Source: Vulcanimicrobiota bacterium
GTDB taxonomy: Bacteria > Vulcanimicrobiota > Xenobia > Xenobiales > JADMJV01
Reading direction: 5' to 3'
Assembly (NCBI GenBank): GCA_050250895.1
Contig: JBFWNU010000002.1
Location: 663,659 to 727,658, forward strand
DNA: 64,000 nucleotides
Below are positions 9,839 to 18,482 of the stretch, in pieces (within the stretch, counting starts at the first letter, position 1; every line of letters begins with the position of its first letter). A model generated the notes under the pieces. The model made no database searches. It was not told the origin of the DNA and saw nothing but the letters and a program-made list of their open reading frames with translations. Both the position numbers and the translations under genes were made by a program.

Positions 9839-10348
9839 ATGGTCAAACATGTCGTATTGTGTTGTCTCGTTCTCACGCTGGCGCTGGGCTGCTCCAAGAC
9901 CCCCGAGCCGCCCAAGCAGATTCCCAGCACCTTCTATGGCACCTTTGGGGATGTCAATGACGACATCTCGTTGACTCTGAAGGTCGAGCAAGACGCTGGC
10001 AATCTCAAAGGGACCTATCGCATCGATCGGCCCGGCAAGAAGTTCGACGGCGAGTTCACGGGCACCACCGCCGGCAGCGACGTGCACATCAGCCTGGCCA
10101 TTCCCGAAGACATCCAGAAGCGGCTTGCTTGGACCCCGACCATCGAACTCGAACTCAATCTGGGCGAGATTGGCGTGGCCGAACTCAGCCAGAAGTTCAC
10201 CGCCGCCGGCCAGACCATGCCCAAGAAGCTGCGCGACCGCGGTTCGGTCCCCCAACTCGGTGGCTGGGCCAACTATCAAGAGAATGGCCAGGACAAGAAG
10301 AAGCTGATCGTGCTCTACAACCTGGTCGCCGACGAACCCAAAAGCTAG
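9839..10348 (+). CDS. Putative lipoprotein, paralog of 9282-9791
   Basis: LALGC lipobox; shares FTGTTAG, QKRL.W, PQLGGWA, ENGQ.KKKL.VLYNL. Confidence 0.7.
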   Translation: MVKHVVLCCLVLTLALGCSKTPEPPKQIPSTFYGTFGDVNDDISLTLKVEQDAGNLKGTYRIDRPGKKFDGEFTGTTAGSDVHISLAIPEDIQKRLAWTPTIELELNLGEIGVAELSQKFTAAGQTMPKKLRDRGSVPQLGGWANYQENGQDKKKLIVLYNLVADEPKS

Positions 10349-11544
10349 CCCGGCACGGTCGAGAACTCTTGTTGCAGCTTGGCCCGGTACTGTTCGACCA
10401 ACTGGTCGATCCGGCCCGCGTCGGGTGACCTCAAAACGAACCCCGCGTGGTAGGCTCGCGGCATTTTCCACACCACTTCGGGCGCGTCAAAGGCCGACAG
10501 ATCCGGATGCTCGTCCTTGGCCAGGCAGACGAGCAGGGCCGAGTGCTCGTGCCTGGGCGCGGGCACCGAGTAGGGCTGCTTGTTCAGACAGGCCAACTCG
10601 AGGCGCACCCACTCGCGCCAAAGGTTCACGCCACTACACGCCTCGACATGCATGTCCACATTGGCCCCGCCCACCCGGGCGGCCATCTCGAGAAAATACA
10701 GCTTGCCGTCGCCACTGCGGATGAACTCGGTGTGGGTGACTCCGCGCACTAAGCGCATGGCCTTGACCAGGCGCCGGTTGAGTTCATACATCTCCTGGGC
10801 CAGCGGGTCGTCATCGCTCAAGCTGCGAGTCGAGAACACGCCGCCCTCGTTCCACACATTGAACGGCGCCACTCCGTAGCGGCTGGCCCGGTGGAACAGC
10901 ACTTCGTGGTCATAGACCACCGAGTCGACGTGAAAGACGTCGCCGGGCAAATAGCGCTCGAGCAGATAGTGGGATTGCTGGTCGCCGAGTTGGCCGGCAT
11001 AGTGCCACAGCTCTTCGGCGTGATGCAGTTTCTTGATACCCACCGAGCCCGCCTCGGACCTGGGCTTGAGCACCCATGGAGCCGGCACGCTCTGCAGATA
11101 CTCGCGCACCTCGTCGTAGTTGAGCAGGTGGACGAATTCGGGCACCGGCAGCCCTTCGTCTCTCGCCTGGACCCGCATGGCCAGCTTGTCTCTGAAATAC
11201 CGGGCCGTGGTATCGCCCATTCCCGGCACCCGCAGATGCTCGCGCAAGCGGGCCGCGATTTCCACGTCGAAATCGTCCATCCCCACAATGCGGTCGATCT
11301 TGTGCTCCCTGGCCAGATGGCTCACGGCGTGAATGATGTCGGGATAGACGCCGAGCTTGGGCATGAAGAACCGTTCGCTAATTGCCTCGGTGGGCCAGGC
11401 TTCATTGCGCGTCTTCTCGGCGCACAGCAGCAACACCTGACAGCCCTGGCGGTGGCACTCTTCGAGAAACGCCACCCCCTTGAACTGGCTGGCCAGGCAG
11501 AGAAAAGTAACCGTTCTATCCACAGTCGACGTCCTTAGTCCCAC
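10345..11544 (-). CDS. ATP-grasp domain protein
   Basis: FRDKLAMR, PWVLKPRSEAGSVG, LLERYLPG, HTEFI..LYFLEMAARVGG. Confidence 0.85.
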   Translation of the reverse strand: MGLRTSTVDRTVTFLCLASQFKGVAFLEECHRQGCQVLLLCAEKTRNEAWPTEAISERFFMPKLGVYPDIIHAVSHLAREHKIDRIVGMDDFDVEIAARLREHLRVPGMGDTTARYFRDKLAMRVQARDEGLPVPEFVHLLNYDEVREYLQSVPAPWVLKPRSEAGSVGIKKLHHAEELWHYAGQLGDQQSHYLLERYLPGDVFHVDSVVYDHEVLFHRASRYGVAPFNVWNEGGVFSTRSLSDDDPLAQEMYELNRRLVKAMRLVRGVTHTEFIRSGDGKLYFLEMAARVGGANVDMHVEACSGVNLWREWVRLELACLNKQPYSVPAPRHEHSALLVCLAKDEHPDLSAFDAPEVVWKMPRAYHAGFVLRSPDAGRIDQLVEQYRAKLQQEFSTVPG

Positions 11545-11571
11545 AGATGCCAGCCGACTTCCACCCCGGCC

Positions 11572-12552
11572 CTACTTCTCCTCGGCCGGCCTGGGCAGAC
11601 GGTCGAGTTCGCAGAGCAACTCGTGAGCTTGCTGAATCGCCTCGGGCAGGCCTGTGGCCACGACCGCCTGTTCGTCGGTCGCGAAGGTTACATCGGGCAG
11701 CAGGGTTCTCAGCACTGCGGCTGCTTCGGTCGGCTCGAGGTTGCGGACCCGAAGGTTGACGGTGACCACGTTCGGCGGAGGGCTGGGTGCGCGGTCCAGC
11801 CCCGGGATGGATCGCTTGATAGCGAGGATATCCTCGCGGCCACCTTCGACATAGAAGCCATTCATGGTCGGGTGGGCAGTGAATTGGACGTTGGGATACT
11901 GAGGGAAGAGATATTCCATGACCCTCGCGGCCGGGACTCGCTCTAGTAGAATTTCTTGCCGGATGCTGTCGGGCGGCGGTTCCCCGCCTGGTTCGCGGTC
12001 GATCAGGCAAGCGGGCGGGACCTCGGCGAGCTTCTCTAGGCTGGCCACCACCACGGAGTGCTCGAGCATCTTGTAGCCAAACTCGCCGGGCAGACCGGCC
12101 AAAACCCGGTCGAGGGCTTCGGGTAACGGCACGTCCTTGAGTTCGACCGTGACCTGCCCGTCAACGGATGGGCCCACGAAGATGTTGCGTCCCATCGCTC
12201 TGCTCAGCGTCTTGAGGACCTGGACCACGTCTTCGTCGTGCACGCTCAAGCTGACGGTTGGCACCCGGCACTGACCGGGCGGCCCGACCACCAGATAGCC
12301 GTGGTCCGTGGCCGAGGCATAGCCGAGGGGCTCGAGCACCTGATCGAGGATCTCGCTCGGAGTGCCATAGTAGGTGCCGGTGACCGTGCCCTTCACCTCG
12401 GGGCACACGTAGACCCTGGTCTGGAGGCGCTCACCGACCAGCTCGATCACCTCGCTCAGGTGCTGGTCCTGGAACTCCATCGACTGGCGCCCGCTGGCCA
12501 TAGCGATCACGGCCACCAGGCAGACCAGCAAGACCAACTCGAACAGTCGCAT
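11572..12552 (-). CDS. Exported protein with secretin N-terminal (STN/Secretin_N-like) domains only
   Basis: Signal peptide; two STN-like units (EFQDQHLSEVI..VKGTVT; HDEDVVQVLKTL..VDGQVTVELKDVPLPEALDRVL); two Secretin_N-like units ending LDR; no secretin barrel. Confidence 0.7.
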   Translation of the reverse strand: MRLFELVLLVCLVAVIAMASGRQSMEFQDQHLSEVIELVGERLQTRVYVCPEVKGTVTGTYYGTPSEILDQVLEPLGYASATDHGYLVVGPPGQCRVPTVSLSVHDEDVVQVLKTLSRAMGRNIFVGPSVDGQVTVELKDVPLPEALDRVLAGLPGEFGYKMLEHSVVVASLEKLAEVPPACLIDREPGGEPPPDSIRQEILLERVPAARVMEYLFPQYPNVQFTAHPTMNGFYVEGGREDILAIKRSIPGLDRAPSPPPNVVTVNLRVRNLEPTEAAAVLRTLLPDVTFATDEQAVVATGLPEAIQQAHELLCELDRLPRPAEEK

Positions 12553-12570
12553 CGTGACAGATTCCCTGGC

Positions 12571-13394
12571 TCAAAGGAGCTTGCCTTTCAGAAGCTCGAT
12601 AAAGCTCTGGCTGAGCACGTCTTCGGCTTTGAATCGCGAGGTCGGCAGGCCGAGCGACCGGGTCTTAATCTTATCCCGGCTTGCATCGTGTTCTTCTCCG
12701 TCGACTTCGACCACCATCCATCGGATGCTCGGGCCCGTCTTCATCCCCACCAGGAAGTCGACCACGAAGGTGGTCGAAGCCGACCTCATCGCCACATCCG
12801 CGAAAAACAGGCAAGAGATTCCGCCGAGCTCGATTCCTACCGCCGGAACTTTGAAGGCTCCCACCACCTCGCGATTGAGCGGGTCCACTACCGGCCAGGT
12901 GAGAAAGCCGCAGCCTTGGGGCGAAAGCTGCTGGGGGATGCCCCCGTGGGCGAACAGGTGCAGCACCACCGCCGCCTCGCGCGACGACCGGACCGGCACC
13001 GTCGCTTCGGCAGCGCGGGCCAGTTCAGCGTATGGTTGCGCTGCGATCTTTTGGTCGAGCCAGGTGGCGAGCTGTGGGTGGTCTCGCCGCAGGGTGAAGA
13101 AGCGCTCGGCCGGCTCTCGCTCGAGTTCGTGGACGTAGGCCCGTCGCCCGCGGAACACACGGCCATAGTCGACCGGGCTAGCCGGCGTCTGCCAGTCAGT
13201 GCCGTTGGTCAGCTTCAGGAACGTGAGTCCCAACGCATCGGCGACCCTCTTTAGCTCGGCTTTCGAGAGTTGACGGTGGCCTTGCTCGCAGAACGATATC
13301 TTGCGGTTGCAGACCCGGCACTCTTTCCCAGCTTCACCTGAGAAAGGCCCGTCTTGTTGCGGAAGCGCTTGATCCGGTGGCCGATTCTTTCCAT
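12571..13394 (-). CDS. XRE-family HTH + DUF559/Vsr-like endonuclease fusion requiring a -1 frameshift at 13323-13329 (~274 aa); alternatively a pseudogene or assembly indel
   Basis: ATG 13394 reads MERIGHRIKRFRNKTGLSQVKLGK. The HTH continues in the -1 frame as ECRVCNRKISFCEQGHRQLSKAELKRVADALGL. C-terminal VVDFLV..VVEVDGEEHD..RD..RF is DUF559-like. The zero frame stops at 13251. Confidence 0.7.
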
Positions 13395-13400
13395 GCCCGC

Positions 13401-13409
13401 ATTGTCGCA
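13401..13409 (-). promoter_or_regulatory. Possible extended -10 element giving a leaderless transcript for the HTH gene
   Basis: TGCGACAAT lies 6 nt upstream of ATG 13394, and no Shine-Dalgarno sequence is visible. Confidence 0.3.
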
Positions 13410-13596
13410 GAGTCGTTCGGGCCGCTTTGTTGCCGGTCGGTAAGCAAAGTTTTGCCGCCGAATTGCCGTTGTATGAACACCGAACCTTGCCGAATGGCGA
13501 GTGAGACCCGTGCTCTCCAGGGTTTGGTCGGGGTCGGAGCCGGCGAGCGAAAGTTCGCTGTCGAGCGCTCGTTCGGTGGTGTTCGGCTAGCTGGGC

Positions 13597-15215
13597 CCTC
13601 ACACCGCGATTCGGCGTAACCCCGGCGGTCTCAGCCGAGCCCGGCGGTCCAGCCCGCCCGGCTCGGCCGAGCGCCCGGCGGCCCACCTTCACCCCGCGAT
13701 TCTCGGGGTGAACCCCCGAAAACGACCTTCACCCCGCGATTTGTCGGGGTGAACCCCGCCGCAAGCCCGCCGGGTGCCCCAGGCCCGGCGGCCTCAGCCG
13801 GGCCCGGCGGTCCAGCCCGCCCGGCTCAACCCCGGCGCGATCAGCCGAGCGCCTGGCGGCCCACCTTCACACCGCGATTCTCGGGGTGAACCCCCGAAAT
13901 CGGCCTTCACCCCGCGATTTCTCGGGGTGAACCCCCGAAAACGACCTTCACCCCGCGATTCTCGGGGTGAACCCCGCCGCAAGGCCGCCGGGCGCCCCAG
14001 GCCCGGCGAAGCCCCGGCGGTCTCAGCCGAGCCCGGCGGTCCAGCCCGCCCTCGGCGCGATCAGCCGAGCGCCCAGCGGCCCACCTTCACCCCGCGATTC
14101 TCGGGGTGAACCCCCGAAATCGGCCTTCACCCCGCGATTTCTCGGGGCGAACCCCGCCGCAAGGCCGCCGGGCGCCCCAGGCCCGGCGAAGCCCCGGCGG
14201 TCTCAGCCGAGCCCAGCGGTCCAGCCCGCCCGGCTCAACCCCGGCGCGATCAGCCGAGCGCCCGGCGGCCCACCTTCACACCGCGATTCTCGGGGTGAAC
14301 CCCCGAAATCGGCCTTCACCCCGCGATTTCTCGGGGTGAACCCCCGAAAACGACCTTCACCCCGCGATTCTCGGGGTGAACCCCGCCGCAAGCCCGCCGG
14401 GCGCCCCAGGCCCGGCGAAGCCCCGGCGGCCTTAGCCGAGCCCAGCGGTCCAGCCCGCCCTCGGCGCGATCAGCCGAGCGCCCAGCGGCCCACCTTCACA
14501 CCGCGATTCTCGGGGTGAACCCCCGAAAACGACCTTCACCCCGCGATTTGTCGGGGTGAACCCCGCCGCAAGCCCGCCGGGTGCCCCAGGCCCGGCGGCC
14601 TCAGCCGAGCCCGGCGGTCCAGCCCGCCCGGCTCAACCCCGGCGCGATCAGCCGAGCGCCTGTCGGCCCACCTTCACACCGCGATTCTCGGGGTGAACCC
14701 CCGAAATCGGCCTTCACCCCGCGATTTCTCGGGGTGAACCCCCGAAAACGACCTTCACCCCGCGATTCTCGGGGTGAACCCCGCCGCAAGCCCGCCGGGC
14801 GCCCCAGGCCCGGCGAAGCCCCGGCGGCCTTAGCCGAGCCCAGCGGTCCAGCCCGCCCTCGGCGCGATCAGCCGAGCGCCCGGCGGCCCACCTTCACCCC
14901 GCGATTCTCGGGGTGAACCCCGCCGCAAGCCCGCCGGGCGCCCCAGGCCCGGCGAAGCCCCGGCGGTCTCAGCCGAGCCCAGCGGTCCAGCCCAGCTCAA
15001 GCCCGGCACGGCGGGCATTCTCGCGGTGAACCCCCCAGGCTGACCCGCCGAGGCCAAACCAGGCCAAACCAGGCCAGACCCGGCGAACCCCGGCAAGGCC
15101 GCCAGGCGCCCCAGGCCCGGCGAAGCCTCGGCGGTCTTAGCCGAGCCCGGCCGACCAGCCCAATTCCGGCTCAAGCCCGGCATTCTCGCGGTGAACCCCC
15201 AGGCCCAACCCGCCC
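13597..15215. repeat. Hierarchical array of 16 palindromic units CCTTCACCCCGCGATT(T)CTCGGGGTGAACCCC with repeated ~105-120 bp GC-rich linkers
   Basis: Unit starts at 13686, 13726 | 13864, 13904, 13945 | 14084, 14124 | 14273, 14313, 14354 | 14493, 14533 | 14671, 14711, 14752 | 14891; degenerate copies near 13597, 15016 and 15181. Confidence 0.95.
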
Positions 15216-15233
15216 GCCACGCCCGGCCGAGAC

Positions 15234-16139
15234 CTACCGAGCGTTACCTCCGCGCAGCGCGCGGAAGTAGTGGATGGTGGAGAGCTGCTTGAGGCACCAG
15301 GCCTGGTGAGAGGTCAGAGGCTCTTCGCTCAGCGGCTGGCCCGAGTCGAGGCCGAGCTGGTGGCGAAGGTAGCGTTCGAGGACACCTCCGAAGGCCGTCA
15401 GGCGGGCCCAGGCCAGGCGCGGCGGGTGGGTGCCCGTGGAGAAGCGGGTGCGTTGGCGGGGGTGTTTGCCGATGTAGATGAGGGCGCTGCGGGCTTTCGC
15501 TTCGGCCTGGGCCAGGGCGCCGGGGACATCGCAGGCCCGCGGGGGGCGTTTGACGTGATAACCGATGGCTTTATAGTTGTTGCGCGCTTTGAGGCCGAGG
15601 GCCATCAGGCGCAGGCCGATCTCCTGGTCCTCCCAGCCGTACTCGGTGAAGTCCTCGTCGAACAGGCCGGCTTCGAGCAGGTGATGTCGCTTGACCGAGA
15701 CGTTGCTGGTCCAGAAGAAAGAAGTCGAGATGTCGGCCATGGTGAACTTGGGCTGGGGGGGACGGACCGGCTCGGTGACGTGGTTGACCCAGCCGTTGAC
15801 GACGCATTTGTCGCATTCGTCATGGCTTTTGAGGTGCTCCTCGATAAGGTGGGGGTCGGCCAGCACGTCGTCGTCGATGTAGAGCATGACCCGGCCGGAA
15901 GAGTTCTTGATGCCGGTGTTGCGAGCGGTGGCCAGGCCCGAGTGGGGCTGGCGAACGTAGACCAGGGAGTAGGGGAGGTCGAGGCCTTCGGCCATTTCGC
16001 CGGTGCCGTCGGTCGAGCCGTCGTCGACCAGAACGACCTCGTAGCGGTCGGGCGAGACGGTCTGGTCGCACAGCGAGAGTAAGACTTTCTCGAGCACTCC
16101 TTTGCGGTTGCGGCTGCACAGGCCAACGGTGAGATCCAT
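15234..16139 (-). CDS. Glycosyltransferase family 2
   Basis: VVLVDDGSTDGT, ARNTG, YIDDD, GLFDEDF..YGWED. Confidence 0.9.
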   Translation of the reverse strand: MDLTVGLCSRNRKGVLEKVLLSLCDQTVSPDRYEVVLVDDGSTDGTGEMAEGLDLPYSLVYVRQPHSGLATARNTGIKNSSGRVMLYIDDDVLADPHLIEEHLKSHDECDKCVVNGWVNHVTEPVRPPQPKFTMADISTSFFWTSNVSVKRHHLLEAGLFDEDFTEYGWEDQEIGLRLMALGLKARNNYKAIGYHVKRPPRACDVPGALAQAEAKARSALIYIGKHPRQRTRFSTGTHPPRLAWARLTAFGGVLERYLRHQLGLDSGQPLSEEPLTSHQAWCLKQLSTIHYFRALRGGNAR

Positions 16140-16140
16140 G

Positions 16141-17016
16141 CTAATCCTTTCTCAGTTCGCGACGCCCGGCGCTGAGGTATTCGCGCTCGGCCAGAAGATT
16201 GCGGGCCCAGTTGGCCGCAGCCGGGCTGGGGGCCTGCTCGAGCCAGCGGCGATAGAGTCCGCGCAGGGGAGCGGCGGTAAAGAGTTCGTTGCGCAGGAAG
16301 TTGAGGGGGTGCAGCCCGCTGCGAAGCTTCATGGCCAAGGTGGGATAGCGGCGATACAGTTGGGCCGCGGAGCGCCCGTCGCGGGCGGCGAGGGTCAGGG
16401 TCTCTTCAGGGGTGAGGGGTGGCTTGAGGTGAAAGACGTAGCCCCGGTGGGTGAAGCGGCGTTTGACTCCGATGCGCTTGAGACGCACGCCCAGTTCGGC
16501 GTCCTCCCAGCGGTCGAATTTCTCGTCGAAGAGGCCGGCTTCGAGCAATAGCTCGGTGCGGAGCGAGGCATTGCTCGTGCACAGATAGTTCATGGAAAAG
16601 TGCTTCCAGAGATTGTCGGGCTCGGGGGGCAGGGGCAGGCTGGGGATGTTGATCACCGGGCCGCGCACCAGCAGGCGCATCTCGCCCTGGTGGCACTGGT
16701 GGTGATCGTAGAGCAAGTGGGGGGCCGGAAAGACATCGTCGTCGATGAACAGGCAGAAGCCTCCGGTGGCCTCGCGGATGCCGTGGTTACGGGCCGCGCC
16801 GGCTCCGGCATTGGACTGCTGGAGGAGGCGCAGGTGGTAGTCGACCTCGAGTTCGGCGGCTGCCTGGAAGCTGCCATCGGTCGAGCCGTCGTCGACCACG
16901 ATCACTTCGAACTGATCGCGGGCGTACTCCAGAGTCTCGAGGTAGCGCAACACCTCGAGCAGTGACTCGCCCCGGTTGAAGGTGGGGATGATGAGAGAGA
17001 ATTCCCGCTCGAACAC
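16141..17016 (-). CDS. Glycosyltransferase family 2
   Basis: SLIIPTFNR, VVDDGSTDG, ARNHG, FIDDD, WEDAELG. Confidence 0.9.
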   Translation of the reverse strand: MFEREFSLIIPTFNRGESLLEVLRYLETLEYARDQFEVIVVDDGSTDGSFQAAAELEVDYHLRLLQQSNAGAGAARNHGIREATGGFCLFIDDDVFPAPHLLYDHHQCHQGEMRLLVRGPVINIPSLPLPPEPDNLWKHFSMNYLCTSNASLRTELLLEAGLFDEKFDRWEDAELGVRLKRIGVKRRFTHRGYVFHLKPPLTPEETLTLAARDGRSAAQLYRRYPTLAMKLRSGLHPLNFLRNELFTAAPLRGLYRRWLEQAPSPAAANWARNLLAEREYLSAGRRELRKD

Positions 17017-17092
17017 TTCGCTTGCGTTCCGGCCTCGGGCCCGAAATCCTGTCTGCTAGAGGCCTCCAGAGCACGGCGCAGAATATCCGCAG

Positions 17093-17560
17093 ATGAGAAA
17101 GCTGCTGCTTTTGACCCTCATTAGCTTCCTGTGCGGGTGCGGCGGGGGCGGTGGCTCGACCACCAGCGCCGAGAACAAGGAAGCCGAGTCGATGGCTGTG
17201 GCCGAGAAGTTCGGCAAAGCGTTGGCCAGCCAGGACCTCACCGGAGCCTACTCCATGACCTCGAGCTTCTATCAGAAGAAGGTGAGCCGCGAGGCGTTCG
17301 AGTCCGAGTTCGCCACCGCCACCAACGAGTACGGAAAGCCCACCGTGGTGACCGACACGGACATCGGCATATTGCCAATGACCGTCGAAGAGGCGGCCAG
17401 CGACTTTGACCTGGTCACCGAAGCTCCGATGGAGAGTTGGCACGGCTGGGCCTTCGCTACCTTGAGTAGCGAAAAGGGCGGCATGGATGTGCGCATGCTG
17501 GTCATCAAAGAAGGGGCAGACCTCAAGATCGACCATTTGGAGTATGCCTATCCCGACTAG
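17093..17560 (+). CDS. Putative lipoprotein
   Basis: MRK + hydrophobic stretch + LCGC lipobox, Gly/Ser linker. Confidence 0.7.
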   Translation: MRKLLLLTLISFLCGCGGGGGSTTSAENKEAESMAVAEKFGKALASQDLTGAYSMTSSFYQKKVSREAFESEFATATNEYGKPTVVTDTDIGILPMTVEEAASDFDLVTEAPMESWHGWAFATLSSEKGGMDVRMLVIKEGADLKIDHLEYAYPD

Positions 17561-18458
17561 GCTGGCGGCCCGGCGAGAGCATCTGCACGGCACGTTTCAC
17601 CGCGACAACGCGGCGGTGCTGACCGTCGACCCGGGGGCGGTGGTCGACTTCGAGACCCTCGAGGTGGGCTGGCGTACCGAGCGCGTTTTGCCCGACCGCG
17701 AGTTGGCCCGAATCGTCTCGCGCGGCCAACTTGACGATGGGCCGGCCTTGACCGGTCCGGTGGCGGTGCGGGGGGCTCGACCCGGGCAAACCCTCGAGAT
17801 TCGCATGCTCGAGTTGGTGACCGAGGATTGGGGCTGGACTTCGGCCCATTTGGCTCAAGGCAGCGCCGGTTTGTTCTGGAGCATCGCCCACGGCCGGGCC
17901 ACCAATCAGTTTGGTCACCAGATCGAGGTGGCTCCCTTCCTGGGCACGGTGGGCATCGCCAGTCGGGATCGGGAGCGGCGCCCGGGCTGGTGGCCCCACC
18001 CGCGCACCGGAGGTAACCTGGACTGCAACCTGCTCACCGTTGGCAGCCGCCTGTTCTTGCCGATCGAGGTCGAAGGGGCTCTATTGTCGGTAGGGGACGG
18101 CCACGCTGCCCAGGGAGATGGAGAGGTTTCGGGCACGGCTATCGAATGTCCCATGCGCTCGGCTCGCTTGCAACTGGTGTTGCACGACCAGTCCATCGGC
18201 CGGCCGCGGGCTCTGGCCAGCGGTGCCTGGGTGACCTTTGGTCTAGCCGAGAGTCTGGATGAGGCGGCCAACATGGCGGTGGAGGAGATGATGGCCCTGA
18301 TGGAGGAGAAGATGGCCCTGGATCGTCCCCGCGCCATGGCTTTGGCCAGTTCTTTTGTCGACCTGCGGGTGACCCAGATGGTCAATCCCCTCAAAGGAAT
18401 CCATGCAATTCTGAAAACCAGTCTCATCAACGAAGGAGCCGTCCCGGTGGATGGCTAA
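17544..18458 (+). CDS. Acetamidase/formamidase family protein
   Basis: LTGPVAVRGARPG, GGNLDC, VGDGHAAQGDGEVSGTAIE; ATG 17544 follows GGAG. Confidence 0.9.
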   Translation: MPIPTRLAARREHLHGTFHRDNAAVLTVDPGAVVDFETLEVGWRTERVLPDRELARIVSRGQLDDGPALTGPVAVRGARPGQTLEIRMLELVTEDWGWTSAHLAQGSAGLFWSIAHGRATNQFGHQIEVAPFLGTVGIASRDRERRPGWWPHPRTGGNLDCNLLTVGSRLFLPIEVEGALLSVGDGHAAQGDGEVSGTAIECPMRSARLQLVLHDQSIGRPRALASGAWVTFGLAESLDEAANMAVEEMMALMEEKMALDRPRAMALASSFVDLRVTQMVNPLKGIHAILKTSLINEGAVPVDG

Positions 18459-18482
18459 CAATTTCTTCGGGAGGTAATTGTC

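Noticed and set aside
13395-13692. N-terminal extension of ORF 12571-13692
   Set aside because: It starts inside the repeat and is not protein-like; the real HTH N-terminus is in another frame from ATG 13394.
13686-14925. CRISPR array (unit resembles type I-E repeats)
   Set aside because: Intervening sequences are ~8 bp or >100 bp and are themselves repeated; no unique ~32-bp spacers, AT-rich leader or cas genes.
13774-15183. Pro/Arg-rich ORFs within the array
   Set aside because: They are translations of the repeat with inconsistent frames caused by 40/41-bp units, and have no RBS.
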